Numbered from the stretch's first letter, positions 1 through 15,181 are shown. The stretch is 64,000 bases of DNA from Octopus sinensis (GCF_006345805.1 NC_043001.1:111910001-111974000); one strand, 5' to 3'. Translations and numbers: made by a program. Notes: generated from the sequence alone by a model not told the origin.

Positions 1-837
1 CATAGTGTGTTAGCTGAATGGTAGTTACCAGCTAAAACATAAAACTTTAATATTCTATTCATTTCGTGAAATCGTGGTATAAAAATATATTCTGTTAAAA
101 CCGGTATCTCGTAGGATGGTTATATATTTCTCTTGATAATATTATACATGTCTCATTTTCCGATATTCCAAAATGTTAAATTTATTATCTATTTTGTTAT
201 TGATCTTAGACATAAATACAAAGTAAAACAGTGTGAAATATTTAAAATTCCAAATGAATGTTTAAAACTATGGTTCAGTTTAATATACATACATACATGT
301 ATAACTTATTACATGTAGACACAAATGCATACTTCCACAGGCAAAAATATGTGAAAATTTATACACACACAAACTCAGGCACACATCGACACGGACACAG
401 ACAGGCACACACACACACACATAGACACATATATCACACACATGGTTAGCATTTCAAATAATAATTAATACATTTTAAACATTTAACATATGAAAACCTG
501 TTGAGTCATTTTGTCTTTTAGTTTGAAAACCGTTAGTGCGAGAAATTTTAATAAAAAAAAGCTTTAATTAATGACGTTACTATGTAAAACATTTAATACA
601 CACACACAAACACACACACATATATGTAGATATACACTTCCAATATATATACATGTACATACATATATGCATATAAATATATATATATATATATATATAC
701 ACACGTACATACACACACACTCACACACATATATTTGTATATATATATATATATACACACGTACATACACACACACACACACACACATATATGTAGATAT
801 ACACTTCCAATATATATACATGTACATACATATATGC

Positions 838-877
<40 letters not shown>

Positions 878-917
878 ATTTATATATATATATAATATAT
901 ATATATACACACACACT

Positions 918-953
<36 letters not shown>

Positions 954-2912
954 TATGAATGTTTATTTATTGAAATGTAACTTGTTTCAACGACATATTA
1001 CTTGCAATTTAATGTTGAGAAAGATAAAAAATAAATAAATAAATGAAAGCTCACACATTTTTATATCCTGAGTTATTACAAAATCAATGCAGAACAAATT
1101 AAAATGTCTCGTAGGTGACAATGATTTTTAACTTTAATGGAGTCCAGATATTCTTCTCTAGAACCCATTTTTACTTTTACATTTATGTTTAGAAATGGTG
1201 TTGTGATAATAAATATCTCGAAGTAGGTTCGGATGTTAATGGTAACTTATAGTAATTTTACCCCCGAAAGTAGATAATTCTTGTATACATGAGGTTTCGA
1301 AATGTTAATTACAAAACAGGAAGAATGGACATTATTTTGCTATTTTGTATTCACCATTACGCTTGTTTTGTTTCATTTGCTAATAGGAATTACGAACTTT
1401 TACATGTTAGTTAGCCATGTGAGAAATTTCCTATTGGAAGGAATTTACCCTAAGTACGTACATAATATGCGTGTGTGTGTATGTATCTACCTATCTATTT
1501 ATTTGTGATATCTTTGAACTATATTAAAGCTTGAAATATCTTTTGACTCAATCTCGTATACAACTTTACGATCGGAATATTCATTGCCACTATTATATAT
1601 GTACGCATATCCTCCGCCATGCCTGGAAGTTTTCAGTTATAACACTGACGTGTAAATGCTGAGTGCTAACTCGACAGAAATCAGGCGCACTCTCGGGCTT
1701 ACTTTCAACTGTAAAAGTAATTTAAGTTAGATATTCATATAAATACTCTCTCATTCTTTTATTGTTGTTCAGCCAGAATCTAATGTAATCGGGTGTATTT
1801 GTGATCAAAGGGCGTCCCAGTCGTGGATATTCTAATTTAAATACAAGGATTACACAGCAAGGACCACATTGTTTTAATATCCTTCCTATTTCATCAGTTT
1901 GAAGATTTGGTCGATATTTCCAACAGATCAGAAGGGCTCCATTACTGTCTGGCAAAAATCTCTTCCATATTAAAGACAGCAAACACTTAATCGATAAAGC
2001 TTATTAAAGAGAAGGAAACCCAAGGACATATGCATACAACAGGTGTTTCATTTTATTTCAGAATGTTTCCCGAATGAATAAGAGTTAAAAACAATTGCTG
2101 TTTCTTTATCGTGTTTATAAGAACGTGATTTGATTCAACTGAAATCTTATAAAGGCAATTAGAGCCGTCTTACAGAAGAAAATAATTAAGAAGCATTAAT
2201 TAATTATAATTGATAACACTTGCAAATGTAATCTTATGAGTGCGGTGTGGTTAAGAATTTCATTTCGATTCAGCTGCAAGAATCGGCCGGCAGAATCTCT
2301 CAGCAGCAATATTGATGGTGTTGTTCTGAGTCCAAATAACGGCGTAATGAGAACCCAGGTACGAAATTTCCCCAAGGCACCTGATGAAGGCTGGAGTACC
2401 ATTAAAGAACTGGGGTCGATGTGCTTGACTTACCCAACGTCCTAGAACTGCTGGTCTTATAACAAAGTCGTTGAACTGACAGAGTCATCTGCAAGCAGCA
2501 GAGAAATGCTAAGCAGCATTTCTTGCTGCTTCACGCTCTGATTTCGAGTTCCGTTGAGGTTGACTTTGCCTTTTATCATTTCGGGGTCAATTAATTACAT
2601 AGGCCCCAGTGATCGACTGGGAACGCTGAAATCGTCTATTCCCTCCCAAAAATTTCAGGCTTTGTGCCTATATTAGAAAGGATTAATAATGTTGCTGCTA
2701 TGGTCGTGATTGTGGTGTTTTTTTTTCTCAACACATTAATTTTACAAACCGAATTAAAAGGACAGAATGGCTTCGAAACGAATAAAAACTTCAACATCTT
2801 TTGGGATATCATTCCACGTTGAAAACTGTTTTTCCATTTCAACTGTTAGCTTCACCACTCCACCGTTATTATGCATAACAACTATGTTACGCTACCAAAG
2901 AATCTTCACTTT

Positions 2913-3062
2913 TTGACGGATATTTGTCTTCAACTTGTTTGTTGTTAACACAACGTTTCGGCTGATATACACTCCAGCCTTCAGGAAAATATTAGATTTA
3001 TATGCCCTAAAAATTCACTACATAATTGCCCACGGTTATATGGCGTACTACTACTACTACTA

Positions 3063-3110
<48 letters not shown>

Positions 3111-3117
3111 AACAAAT

Positions 3118-3148
<31 letters not shown>

Positions 3149-3318
3149 GTAGTAGTAGTAGTAGTAGTAATAATAACAATAATAATAACATGGAAAAATA
3201 CCTTAGGAATGAGAACCCAGGTTCGAAATTTCCCCAAGACACCTGATGAAGGCTGGAGTGTATATCAGCCGAAACGTTGTGTTAACAACAAACAAGACGG
3301 GGACAAATATTCGTCAAA
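2913..3318. mobile_element. Inverted pair of Penelope-like terminal fragments flanking (TAC)n/(AAT)n/(AGT)n
   Basis: 2913-2983 is the reverse complement of about 3247-3318. A third, truncated copy lies at 2346-2397. Confidence 0.7.
3238..3283 (+). ncRNA. Minimal (short stem III) type-I hammerhead ribozyme-like motif, Penelope-like repeat
   Basis: GACAC-CTGATGA-A-GGCTG(gagtgtatat)CAGCC-GAAA-CG-TT-GTGTT. Stems I and II pair; stem III is the palindrome AACGTT. Confidence 0.75.
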
Positions 3319-4746
3319 TGTAAATAATGTAAATAGTGGAGAGAATTATTCGTTGAACCATATAAACCAAGTATGGCAAGCATTATCGAGAAGCAGGCCG
3401 CATGAGACGTCAATCATTATTTGGGGGGCTGCGCTATTAAAAAAGGTTCAAGGTAATTTTCCGTTAGGCGTGTCACTCAGTCGTAGAAAGATCATGACCG
3501 TTACAAATATTGGCAGCGTTTGTTTTTTTTTCTTTTTTTCTTTCATATCTTCAGAAGTGCAGTGATTGGTCAAACGGCGCTTTGGTTATATTTATGATGT
3601 AATGTAGAGAAAAATGGATTTAGAGAAAGAATCTGGTGAACAATTTTTTTTCTTTTGCTTGTTTTAGCCATTAGACTGCTGCTAATGGCTGAAAGTTGAA
3701 AGACAAAGGGCATTATGAAAGGTACTAAAATGTAAAAGTCATCAAACAATTCTCTTTTCTCTACACTGTGAGAAAGATGATTATTCACAGCAAAGAGCAT
3801 ATAAGATCTGACGTGAAAGATATAGTTTCATAATTGTGGGGATGACTTGTTGTCAACATATCGCGTTTCGTACAAGATTCGGCAACAGAAATAAAAGAGG
3901 ATGGACTGGACGTATATATAAAAAAAAAAGACAAATCATTAAATAGTGCAAAAGAAATAGTGCATATTTCAGTTCAGTTTAGCGGAATCTGTAAAACAGA
4001 TTCCGCCAAACTGCATTAAAATATTTATGCTGAACGAGCGAATTAGGACGCAGTTATTAGTTTTTGCAGGCATAGTTATATATGTTCAATTTTCACGCAT
4101 GCGTAGTGGGCTGAATGCGCTAGCGGAAGCGTGATTAGATCATGGCTATCGAATATAATATGCTTCAATATTAACCATAATGATGACTTTTAAAATATTT
4201 AGCCCGGGATGTCATATGTGTGGGAGGATATAATCAATATTATTTCGTTCCTTGTAGTAGATTTCGACATATTTTATCAAACCACCAATAAAGAATGACA
4301 AAAACAAAAATAAAAAAACAAATCTATATACATGTATGTAATTTCCAGCTGACATCACTAATAATAATAAAAACTCCTAGTTTCTCTTAATGTAACTAAG
4401 AGCAATGGGAAATGAGCCATGCAATGCTTATTATTAGCCAGCTACTATGACATACACTAAATGTGGGAACGGATAGAAATATACGTAAAGATACGCGGAT
4501 AGATTAACACATGCGTAGAATGTTAATTCTCAATACAAGTATGCAACACTATTAATAAATTCTCTCGCTGCTCATAATACTTAGAGCAACGAGGAACATG
4601 TAATGTAACTGTCGGTGACTTCAGCGTAGCTGCTGTATACATAAAATGTGTGTGAATATATACACACATATATTCATATCTACACACACAAACATGTATG
4701 TAGTTATATACACATTCAAACACACACTCACGCATACACACACACA

Positions 4747-4795
<49 letters not shown>

Positions 4796-4971
4796 GTTTT
4801 GCTTATATTTAAGTATATTTTCGTGTACGTTATATATATGTGAGGTTATAACATATAAATGCATTATATATATTATTTTATAATATAGGTATGTACATTT
4901 ACGTATGTATATTTACACGTATATATGTATGTATGTAATTATGCATCTATCTATCTATCTATCTATCTATA

Positions 4972-5042
<71 letters not shown>

Positions 5043-5458
5043 TTATCTATCTATATATATATATGTGTGTGTGTGTGTATGTATGTATATACATATTTAT
5101 ATTTAAAACATATATATTATATATTTAAAACATAGATAAAATATATTATATTACATACATATGTATCTGCATTAGTCGTGTGAAGAATGCATTTCGTTAT
5201 TTTGGTGAACAGACTATATTGGTACTATATTGATCTAGAGTTATGAATGTGGGACGTCAAAAGTATTATAAAGACCAACGTAGAATTCTTTCTCAATAAA
5301 TCTAAGCGTTTTTAGACAAAAAAATATATTAATCATAAGAGAATAACTTCTGCGTTTTACGATGAGTTTTATCACAATTGGCTGATATGAGCAATGGATT
5401 CTGTGACGACAGTGTTTCGACATATGATATGAAATGGGAAACTAAACCTGAATATGAC

Positions 5459-5532
<74 letters not shown>

Positions 5533-5551
5533 TATCTATCTATCTATTTAT

Positions 5552-5589
<38 letters not shown>

Positions 5590-5590
5590 G

Positions 5591-5638
<48 letters not shown>

Positions 5639-5729
5639 CACACACATTCATGCTGCTTATTTCCATCCTTTTCCAAAATAACTCATATATTCAACTCTAC
5701 TATTTCCCTGCATTTAACCATCTCACATC

Positions 5730-5768
5730 GTCTCTAATGAAGGGATATCCCAAAAGAAACTGCAAGAC
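5730..5768 (+). ncRNA. Degenerate hammerhead-like motif
   Basis: GTCT-CTAATGA-A-GGGA(ta)TCCC-aaaa-GAAA-CTGCA-AGAC. Stems I and II pair, but G5>A and the cleavage site is mutated. Confidence 0.4.
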
Positions 5769-6018
5769 TAACTTTCTCTTTATAAATGTCCTAAAAATTC
5801 CACACAGACTTGGCTTTGTTGTCTCATTTTATTTAACATATACATGTCTATACAAGATCCGCATTAGACTCCCTCACGGGCAATATTATGGAACCGTGAG
5901 TTTAACCACGGTCCTTTCATACAATTTACATAGCTTTACTTGCCACCTTGGATCTTCTGGGTACCAATACCTCTCATACCTTGCTATATATGTATATATG
6001 TATAATTATATGTATATG

Positions 6019-6061
<43 letters not shown>

Positions 6062-6065
6062 TATA

Positions 6066-6101
<36 letters not shown>

Positions 6102-6102
6102 C

Positions 6103-6399
6103 ATATAATATTAATTAGAGACAAAACCACTATTATGCAAATCAAACAAAGAAAGACTTAATCCAATACATAAATTTTTTTATATAAATTAAATAAAAAT
6201 AAGTTATCCACTTCTATTCAATTTAAAATTGAATAGAAGGTCTTGAAACCACCTGATGAATGTCCTTAGAAGTGACAGGAAACAATTGTAGTGGATAACT
6301 TAATTTTATTTAATTTATATAAAATTTTTTATGTATTGGGTAAAGTCTTTCTTTGTTTGATTTGCATAATAGTGGTTTTGTCTCTAATTAATATTATAT
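6103..6399. mobile_element. Penelope-like fold-back element: about 110-bp inverted arms around the hammerhead
   Basis: 6103-6212 is near-complementary to 6290-6399. A 14-bp-arm palindrome occupies 6211-6239. The element is flanked by (TA)n. Confidence 0.75.
6249..6294 (+). ncRNA. Type-I hammerhead ribozyme-like motif inside a fold-back element
   Basis: CCAC-CTGATGA-A-TGTC(cttagaagt)GACA-G-GAAA-C-AATT-G-TA-GTGG. Cleavage triplet GUA, palindromic stem-III loop, A/G mismatch at the base of stem II. Confidence 0.75.
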
Positions 6400-6544
6400 T
6401 ATATTTTACTATAAAATTGGATTCAATCCTAAATCTCATTTTTCCCTGTAAATTTGGATTTATTCCCTAATATTTATTATTATATATATACATATATATA
6501 TATATATAATATATATATATACATATATATATATGTATATATAT

Positions 6545-6576
<32 letters not shown>

Positions 6577-6587
6577 TATATACATAC

Positions 6588-6631
<44 letters not shown>

Positions 6632-7033
6632 GCATATATATATTTTATCCTTTTTATCCTTTTTATGATTTTTATCCTTTTAAATAAAAACACATAACAT
6701 TCCAGAGCAGTTGATTGCACCATCTGAACCAGCCCTGCGCATTTTAGGATGCCTTGCATAAACTCTGTGAATTATGGGTTCAAATCTCAACCTTTCACTG
6801 CAAAACTGTAACACTTCTTGCTGGACTAAAAGCTGCAAAGCTCATTTTTCTATACCCTAATGATTCTGTCAGCTTATTATAACCAAATAACTATTGTCAT
6901 TTAGATTTGGTGGGGATGCATATTGTAGAGTCTGTATGTCACTTGAACAAAAGGATCTTCAGTCGGGGAGTAAGAAGGTCATTGTGTGAAGATTGACAAA
7001 CAACTGCAAAACTTTAAAAAAAGGATCTAAGTT

Positions 7034-7064
<31 letters not shown>

Positions 7065-7121
7065 TTATATATATATTTCATCTTATACTTGTTTCAGTCA
7101 TTTGACTGCAGCTGAGTTTGA

Positions 7122-7157
<36 letters not shown>

Positions 7158-7202
7158 TGTATGTATGTATGCATGTATGTATGTATGTATGTATATATAT
7201 AT

Positions 7203-7243
<41 letters not shown>

Positions 7244-8049
7244 ATATATATATTATTATGTTATATATATAATATAATGTGATATATGTATTTATGTATA
7301 TGTATATATATGTGCGTGTGTGCGTGTGAACACGTATGCCGAATACATAATATATATGCGTGTATGTGTATATGCAGGTATGTGTTTATACGTACATGAA
7401 TACGCATACACACACACATTTATATGTGAAAATACAGACGGTCAGAAATATGTCTATGTGTGTGCATGTATGAACGTTTTTCTCTATGTACACAAGAAAG
7501 ATACTTCGAGACGAAGAGATGTATAGAGAGAGAGTGAGACACAGACAGACCCAGGAAAAGAGAATACAAAAGTACTTATAAAGAAAGTAAAGTAAAACAA
7601 ATCAAAATGCATTGTTGAATGTATCATTTTTAGTTTACACATTCGGACCAATATTGTAGTGCAGTTGATGCGTAATGGCATTTGAACAGTTAAAAGCCAC
7701 AGAGACATGCAAAGAAGAAAAGAGAAATGAAATGAAGGCTTAGATCAAAGCCTGAATCACAATGACATTACAATAAGTATCTCCAGCCTATATTTTCCCT
7801 TCGGAGAGAAGAGAGGAAACGGTTATTCTTGTATGGAAATCAATCAGGAATGAAAATGGTGGTAAGACATTAAAAGGAAACAAGAAAATAAAGTAAATAA
7901 GACGAAAGAGAGAGAGAGAGAGAGAGAGGTGGGGAAAGAGAGGGAGTGGGGACGGAGAAAACGAAATAAATGGAATGCGAGGAGAGAAAAATGGATATCA
8001 CATGGTTGTATAAATGAGAACAGGAGTCGCTGGCTGAGCATGACAATAT

Positions 8050-8823
8050 TAATGAAAAATATGAACAAACCGATGAGGCTCATTATAGACTACCAGGAGG
8101 GCGTGGTGGTGGTGTTGATTGATGATGAAGATGGTGACGATAGAGATGGTGGTGATGTTGGAAGTTGGTGAGGGGAAACGGCGGTTATGATGGTGATGAG
8201 GATAAGGATGGTGATTGTTATATTGATGCTGAAGACTTCCTTGTAGATGATGATGATGATGATGATGATGATAAATGGAAACTGCAATGCTGGTGTATAT
8301 GATGGCGACGTTCCCGGGTGGTGATGGTGGTGGTGGCGGGGATGATGATGAAGATCGTGATAATGATGATGCTGATGATGATGACTTGGTAATAACGATG
8401 GTTATAATGGTGAAGGTGGTGGTGAGGAATGTAAGGATGTTTGGTGGTGGTGGTGGTGGCGTTTGCTTAGTATGGTCATGATGATGCTGAGAATGATGAT
8501 GATGATAATAATGGTGGTAATAATGATGATTACCGCGGTGGTGTTGAAGACGATGGCTATGGTAGTGGGGGTGGCGATGAGAATGGTGATGACGGTGAGG
8601 GGTAGCATTGATAGTGACTATGGCCATGACGACGACGACGATGATGATGATGATGATGAAGACGATGATGATGATAATGATGATTATGATGATGATGATG
8701 ATGGTGATGACGGTGATGATTTTGATGATGATGATGGTGGTGGTGGGGATGATGACGATGATGATGATGATTATGATGATGGTGATGATGACGATGACGA
8801 CGACGATGATGATGATGATGATT

Positions 8824-8857
<34 letters not shown>

Positions 8858-8923
8858 GGATGATGATGATTATGACGACGATGATGATGATGATGATGAT
8901 GATGATGGTGATGATGACGATGA

Positions 8924-8968
<45 letters not shown>

Positions 8969-9280
8969 TGGTGATGATGATGATGATGACAACGATCCAT
9001 TAATGACCATGTGGACAATGGCGATGGCGATCATGAAAATGTGATAGCTGAAGACGTTGATAATACCAACGAGTTTACTGATGTTGATGATGATGATTAC
9101 AATATTGACAATGACGAAAAAGAGACGAGAAAGAAGATAAGCAGCATCCTTTCTGCTAATATCCCCGCTTCTGCTACTACTTCTATGATATTCGTTGTAG
9201 CTTCTGCTTTCGTCCCGTTTATCGATGTTGTTGCTGCTGATACTGATGCTGATGGCGATTATGATTATGATTATGATTAC
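8050..9280. repeat. Long degenerate (GAT/GAC/GGT)n low-complexity tract
   Basis: About 1.2 kb of GAT-based triplets; source of the poly-D, poly-H and poly-M ORFs. Confidence 0.9.
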
Positions 9281-9992
9281 GACAGGCTTGCATATATTTT
9301 ATACTTCCCCTGAGATGGTCATCATCGAGAAAGTTATTACAGAACGAAGAATTGTGACAGAGTTGCTATGATTGATATCTGGAATCTATCGAAATGTGAT
9401 GTTAGACATTGATCAAACATTGATAAACTGTAATTGTTATCGGAATATATACTGCAGAGTTAAAAGGACAGTTTGTTAAAGCTTCATATTGGATTTTGGT
9501 GCTTATCTCTAGGTAACAGGTAAAAATGTGGACGCTTGTTTACATGTTCACGTCTGCAGAGACATTCTATGAATAATATTTACTTTATCATGTGTGATTT
9601 CGGTATGTATGTGCGTATATGTCTTCATATATATATAAATATATATATATATATATTATATATGTATATATTACACATATGTATATGTATATGTAGATGT
9701 ATATGTATATATATATATGTACATATATATACACATATATTTGTACATATATATATATATATATATATATAAATATATGCACATTTATAAGTATATATAT
9801 ATATATATATATATATGTGTATGTTGGGTGTATGTGTTTGTGTGAGTGTGTCTACTAACAAACATAGATTTCCGTGATTTGAATAGTGATTAGCTATAAT
9901 AAACAGTAATTCCAAAGTATGTGTAGTAATATCAGCTTTTCTAGATGAGAATTGTATGGTATCAGCCAAGAGATACCAGCAAAGTATTCAAC

Positions 9993-10046
<54 letters not shown>

Positions 10047-10209
10047 TGATATATAGATGGATGGATGGATGGATGGATGGATGGATAGATAGACAGACAG
10101 ACAGACAGAAAGACAGACAGACGGACGGACGGACGGGCAGATAGATAGATAGATGGATGGATGGATAGATAGATAGATAGATAGATGGGTAGAATTGATG
10201 AGACGGTAG

Positions 10210-10262
<53 letters not shown>

Positions 10263-10358
10263 TATAGATATATAGATGGTTTCATATAATCGATAGATAG
10301 TCAGACATACATACATACAGACAGACATACATACAGACAGACAGACAGACAGACAGAC

Positions 10359-10412
<54 letters not shown>

Positions 10413-10413
10413 G

Positions 10414-10492
<79 letters not shown>

Positions 10493-10906
10493 CTAGAGGG
10501 ATAGAAGGATAGTTATAGAATTAGATATGGTGGGGGATGTTGCTAGACGAGGAGAATTCAGTTGTTGGAAGAACTGAATCAGCGCCTCCTGATGTAACAT
10601 GTACTTTCACAGATTTGAATGCTTATTGACAAGCGTAATACAGAGCGAGACAGACGAGGCTGTACGTCTAAAGTAACAAGTACAATTCAGCCAACTAGTT
10701 TCTTCTCAGTTTCTGTCTCTTCCTCAATTTCACTCAAGCGAAGGCTAGAGAATACGGGCTTAATCCAAGTCTATAGACATTGATATTTGTCCCAGATGAC
10801 ATGCAGCGTCACTGATCACGGGATCTCGCGTACGCGACGCAAAACGTTTAACCATGTGGCCATGCAGTGCCAACAAAAAGTTCTTTCTCTCTGCCTGACT
10901 ATTTGC

Positions 10907-11019
<113 letters not shown>

Positions 11020-11227
11020 AATCAATCTATCTATCTATCTATGTGTGTATATGCATATGTCCACACACATTGTATATGCAAGCGAGTGGAGAAACAAAAC
11101 AATGTACTCATTACATTTAGTAGGAGTTACAAGTATTATTATTTATTACAGCTTCATTCGGCTCTATGCAACTTAAGGTTTCGTAGGTCTATAACAGAAA
11201 CCCGTCTCTTTCAAACTGTTTTAAAAT

Positions 11228-11278
<51 letters not shown>

Positions 11279-11438
11279 TGTATGTACATACATACGTACA
11301 TACATACATTTATATATATGCACATATATATGTATATCTATATATGTATATATATATATATATATATATAAGTATGTATATGTGTGTGTGTATATGTATA
11401 TGTATTATATGTGTATATATAAGAAAGAAGAACGCAAA

Positions 11439-11483
11439 GGACCACTGATGAGGTCACAGAAGTGTGACGAAACGACTCTGGCC
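11439..11483 (+). ncRNA. Type-I hammerhead ribozyme-like motif
   Basis: GG(A)CCA-CTGATGA-G-GTCAC(agaagt)GTGAC-GAAA-CGAC-TC-TGGCC, in a roughly 180-bp island between (TA)n tracts. Confidence 0.65.
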
Positions 11484-11588
11484 GAAATAAGATTAAGATT
11501 AATGTAAAAAATAAATAAGCAAATTCACACCAAATATATAGTGCGTGTGTTTTTATTGGCTAAACTGTCAACATGACCATTCCTAAAT

Positions 11589-11659
<71 letters not shown>

Positions 11660-11799
11660 ATATATAGTACTAAGTGTATTTGAGTACACTTAATTATCAG
11701 TATATTACTCTTTTCAATCTAATTAAAAAAGTTTTGTCACTGCGATTTAGAAACTGACAACTATTTGAATGCTGTAAGATCTTTTGCATTCTTAGGTCG

Positions 11800-12728
11800 G
11801 CTGCGCTTGGAGACCTCTTGCAGGCAAAAGAGCTCCAACTGCATCTAATCCGAAAAAGAAGGAAACAAACGGTCTGAAAGTTTGAACACTCTAAAGGTTG
11901 CAGTTAATGATGATCCTGTAAAACCAATGACGGCTATCGCTAATAACATTTAAGTTTCTAATCAGATTGTCAGAAGTGTGATGCACGAAGTCATTGAATA
12001 CAACTAGTATGTGATGAGGCGATGCCAGTTTATACCTGCAAAGTTGGAAGAAAACCATTTGTTCCGAGCCAAGCGGTTACTTTCAAGAATATGGCTCAGT
12101 TTCATTATTCTCCCATAAGTAAGAAAAGGAAAACATCGACTAAGTTCATAGGCCTAACTGGAGAAATGACAAGTGCTCATGTGCACATCATTCTGATGTC
12201 CTCAGAGTGATGCACACTGAATTTCCAGCAACTGTGATGGTTTTGAGAGTGGCGTGTACGGAAGGTCGTGTCGTACCACCTCACAGTTTTCCACATGGTG
12301 TTATAATTAAAGCTTCTTATTTGCTGGAGGGAGTTGCTTAAACTTGGATGGATAAAGAACATAGTGGAAGATCATACGTGTTTCAACAAGACTGAACGCC
12401 TTCTCACAAAGCCCATATATGCTAACATTGTTTGTACAACAACCTTTACAGTCATTTAAGACAAAATTTGTAGACTCCGATATTGCTGTTGAAAGATAGG
12501 TATTGTCTAGGTAATGTCCGAAATAAATAAGGATCATTTAGTGCAGGTATGTCAGCGATTTTGCTCCTGCTTTGAAATAGCTTTCGAAGTTACAAGGGGA
12601 TTCATATAAAAATCTGATAAGAATATTTATCGAGAATATTTTTATTAACATATCTTTCGTTTTTGATACATTGAAATTGTTTTTATTAAACAGCCAAAAA
12701 TGTGATCAACTACTTCTCGCACCCTATA
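11800..12728 (+). mobile_element. Degenerate Tc1/mariner-superfamily (maT/DD37D-like) transposase relic
   Basis: From 12210 it reads MHTEFPATVMVLRVACTEGRVVPPHSFPHG; further on TWMDKEHSGRSYVFQQD*TPSHKA (FQQDxAPxH motif). Stops and frameshifts are present. Confidence 0.7.
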
Positions 12729-14050
12729 TAAGGCGACGAAGCATGAAATACTAAAAAAATACACATCCAAAATTATTAAGAGTTCAATCAATAAATAATC
12801 CGTCAAAATCCACTACGGTGGAAGATTGCAGTGAATCTGGTTGAAGAACTATGCATGTATGCTCACATAATCGGTTAAGACGTGTGTGTTTGTGTGTGTG
12901 TGTATGTGTGTGTGTGTGTATGTGTGTGTGTGTGTATGTGTGTGTAAGCTTCGCTGCTTCCATTTCGGATCTCTTATGAGTATAAAGTGCATCAGTTGGT
13001 GATCTGTGGCATGCTACGTCATAATGTCGAAAACGTTGGACAAAGTCAGAGTGAACACACTGCCCTATTTCATTTCAATGCAAATGCTCAAAAATACCGA
13101 GGAAAGCCCCAAAAACCGCAGAATGTTCTACACACACATACTCACACACGAAATTACACACACACTTCTTTATATATGCAAGTATGCTGAGACCCACTTC
13201 GGTCATGACTGACCATGGAACTGCATCTAGAAAGTTACCCTCCCAGGTACAAGTCCGGGCAAAGTTGTTTATGGAAGACCAGCAGTCTCCCATACATACC
13301 AGCCTCCCCTCTCCATGTCAGCTGTATTATCCAAGGGAAAGGCAAAAGGAACGATACAGATTGGCACTTGTGACGTCGCAACTCATTTCTATAGCTGAGC
13401 AACGTAAAATAAAGTGTCTTGCTAAAATAAAGTGTCTCCCAAGCATCACTTTTAACACTTTCACAGAAAGAGAATTTGCAAGGATACACCTGGAATGATC
13501 TAGAGTAATGTAGAGGGCATAATTACTCCTACCATAAAAGGTACATGCGCAGAGTTCATGGCAAGACGTCGGTAAAACGTAGACTACGTTGACCAAGAAA
13601 CAATTGATTGGGGTATGGAAATTGTCTTCAGGATTGAAAATCAATAACCCTGTAGATTTTGAAAATGATAAAGTTTTTTCTAGCAAACATCTGTACAAAC
13701 GTAATGAGAGATCCGCACTTGCTTAACCCAACCTAGTATTTTCAGACATTTATCATTTAAGTATATACGAGCATGTCTAGACATGCAGATATATGCATGA
13801 AAATACATGCATAAAACAAAACATACAGATGTACACACATACACTCATATATATATATAGATATATACATAAATATATACATACATACGAAGAAAAATAT
13901 CCTATTCTTGTTGAAATTGTAATGATGGAGACTTCGATCTAGGTTAGCAAACTACTCCACTTTTCGCATGAAATCTTGAGATGAAATTAAATAACGACAC
14001 ACACACGCACACATATATGTATATACATACACATACATATATAAATGTAT

Positions 14051-14086
<36 letters not shown>

Positions 14087-14997
14087 GCATACATATACAT
14101 ACATAAGCATAGATACAAATATATATATTGATATAGTCATACACACACGTACATATACTGAGGACTTTAGTTATGTAATTAATTGCCTCATCATGGGTTT
14201 CATAAACTGGACTTCACAAAGCCTGAATTTCACTGCAATATAGAAAATCAAAGGTAGAAACCATTAAACATCACTGTTTAATATGTAAACAGTGTAGAAG
14301 TTTATTCAATAACTATCTGGTAGTGTACATGTGTGGACATGCAGAGGTATACATGTGTGCACAAAGCAGAGATTCACGTATGCAACGAGATCAATGAATG
14401 TGCATAAACATACGTATGCATATATAAATGCACGTTTGCATGTATGTATGCACAGCTAAGTACTTGTTACTCTGCAAATTCCAAGGAAACAGCCTTGTTC
14501 CTGGGCTCTCTCTACATTGGTGTGAAATTCGAAAAATAAAAATCTGGAACACACAGGCACACAAACACAAACACAAACAGATTAAGTAAGAAACAGACAA
14601 GGGCACATACACATATTTGTATGCAAAATCACTTGGAATGTCTTCTACACGCATTCTCTGGTTAAAATTTTTTGCTATCTTTCATTATTCTTTTTCTAGT
14701 CGCAATAATCAAAACATGGCGTCCACAATCTTCAAATAGAAACATCAGCTGTTTGTTTTCCAGAACCACACATCAATATATAAATAAATATCGTTGAAAG
14801 CTCGAAATGAAGAGTAGATTGACAGCCGGCATCCGATGACGAGTCGTTCTCTGTATTTTCTTGTGCTGTTTTCCTTTCTTTTCTCTCGTTGTTTGCGTAT
14901 TTAACTCGTTTGTTTTCGTATTTCATCATGTGTACACAGCTTGTGACGTCCTGTACCCATACATGCATATACATAAATACATACATACATACATACA

Positions 14998-15051
<54 letters not shown>

Positions 15052-15084
15052 TTTATGTACATATATATATATATTCATTATTTA

Positions 15085-15132
<48 letters not shown>

Positions 15133-15181
15133 ATATTATATATATATATTATTATATCATATATATATATACATTCTTTTA

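Noticed and set aside
600-880. About 170-bp-period duplication within mixed (CA)/(TA) repeats
   Set aside because: Ordinary slippage or unequal exchange in microsatellite DNA.
8463-9044. 193-aa poly-Asp ORF (biomineralisation-like acidic protein?) and overlapping poly-His/poly-Met ORFs
   Set aside because: These are translations of a degenerate (GAT)n tract that is open in several frames, with no credible signal peptide or splice context.
14732-15052. Minus-strand ORF that looked like a possible downstream exon
   Set aside because: It starts in (TA)n, lacks a pyrimidine-rich acceptor, and resembles the repeat at 51545-51710.
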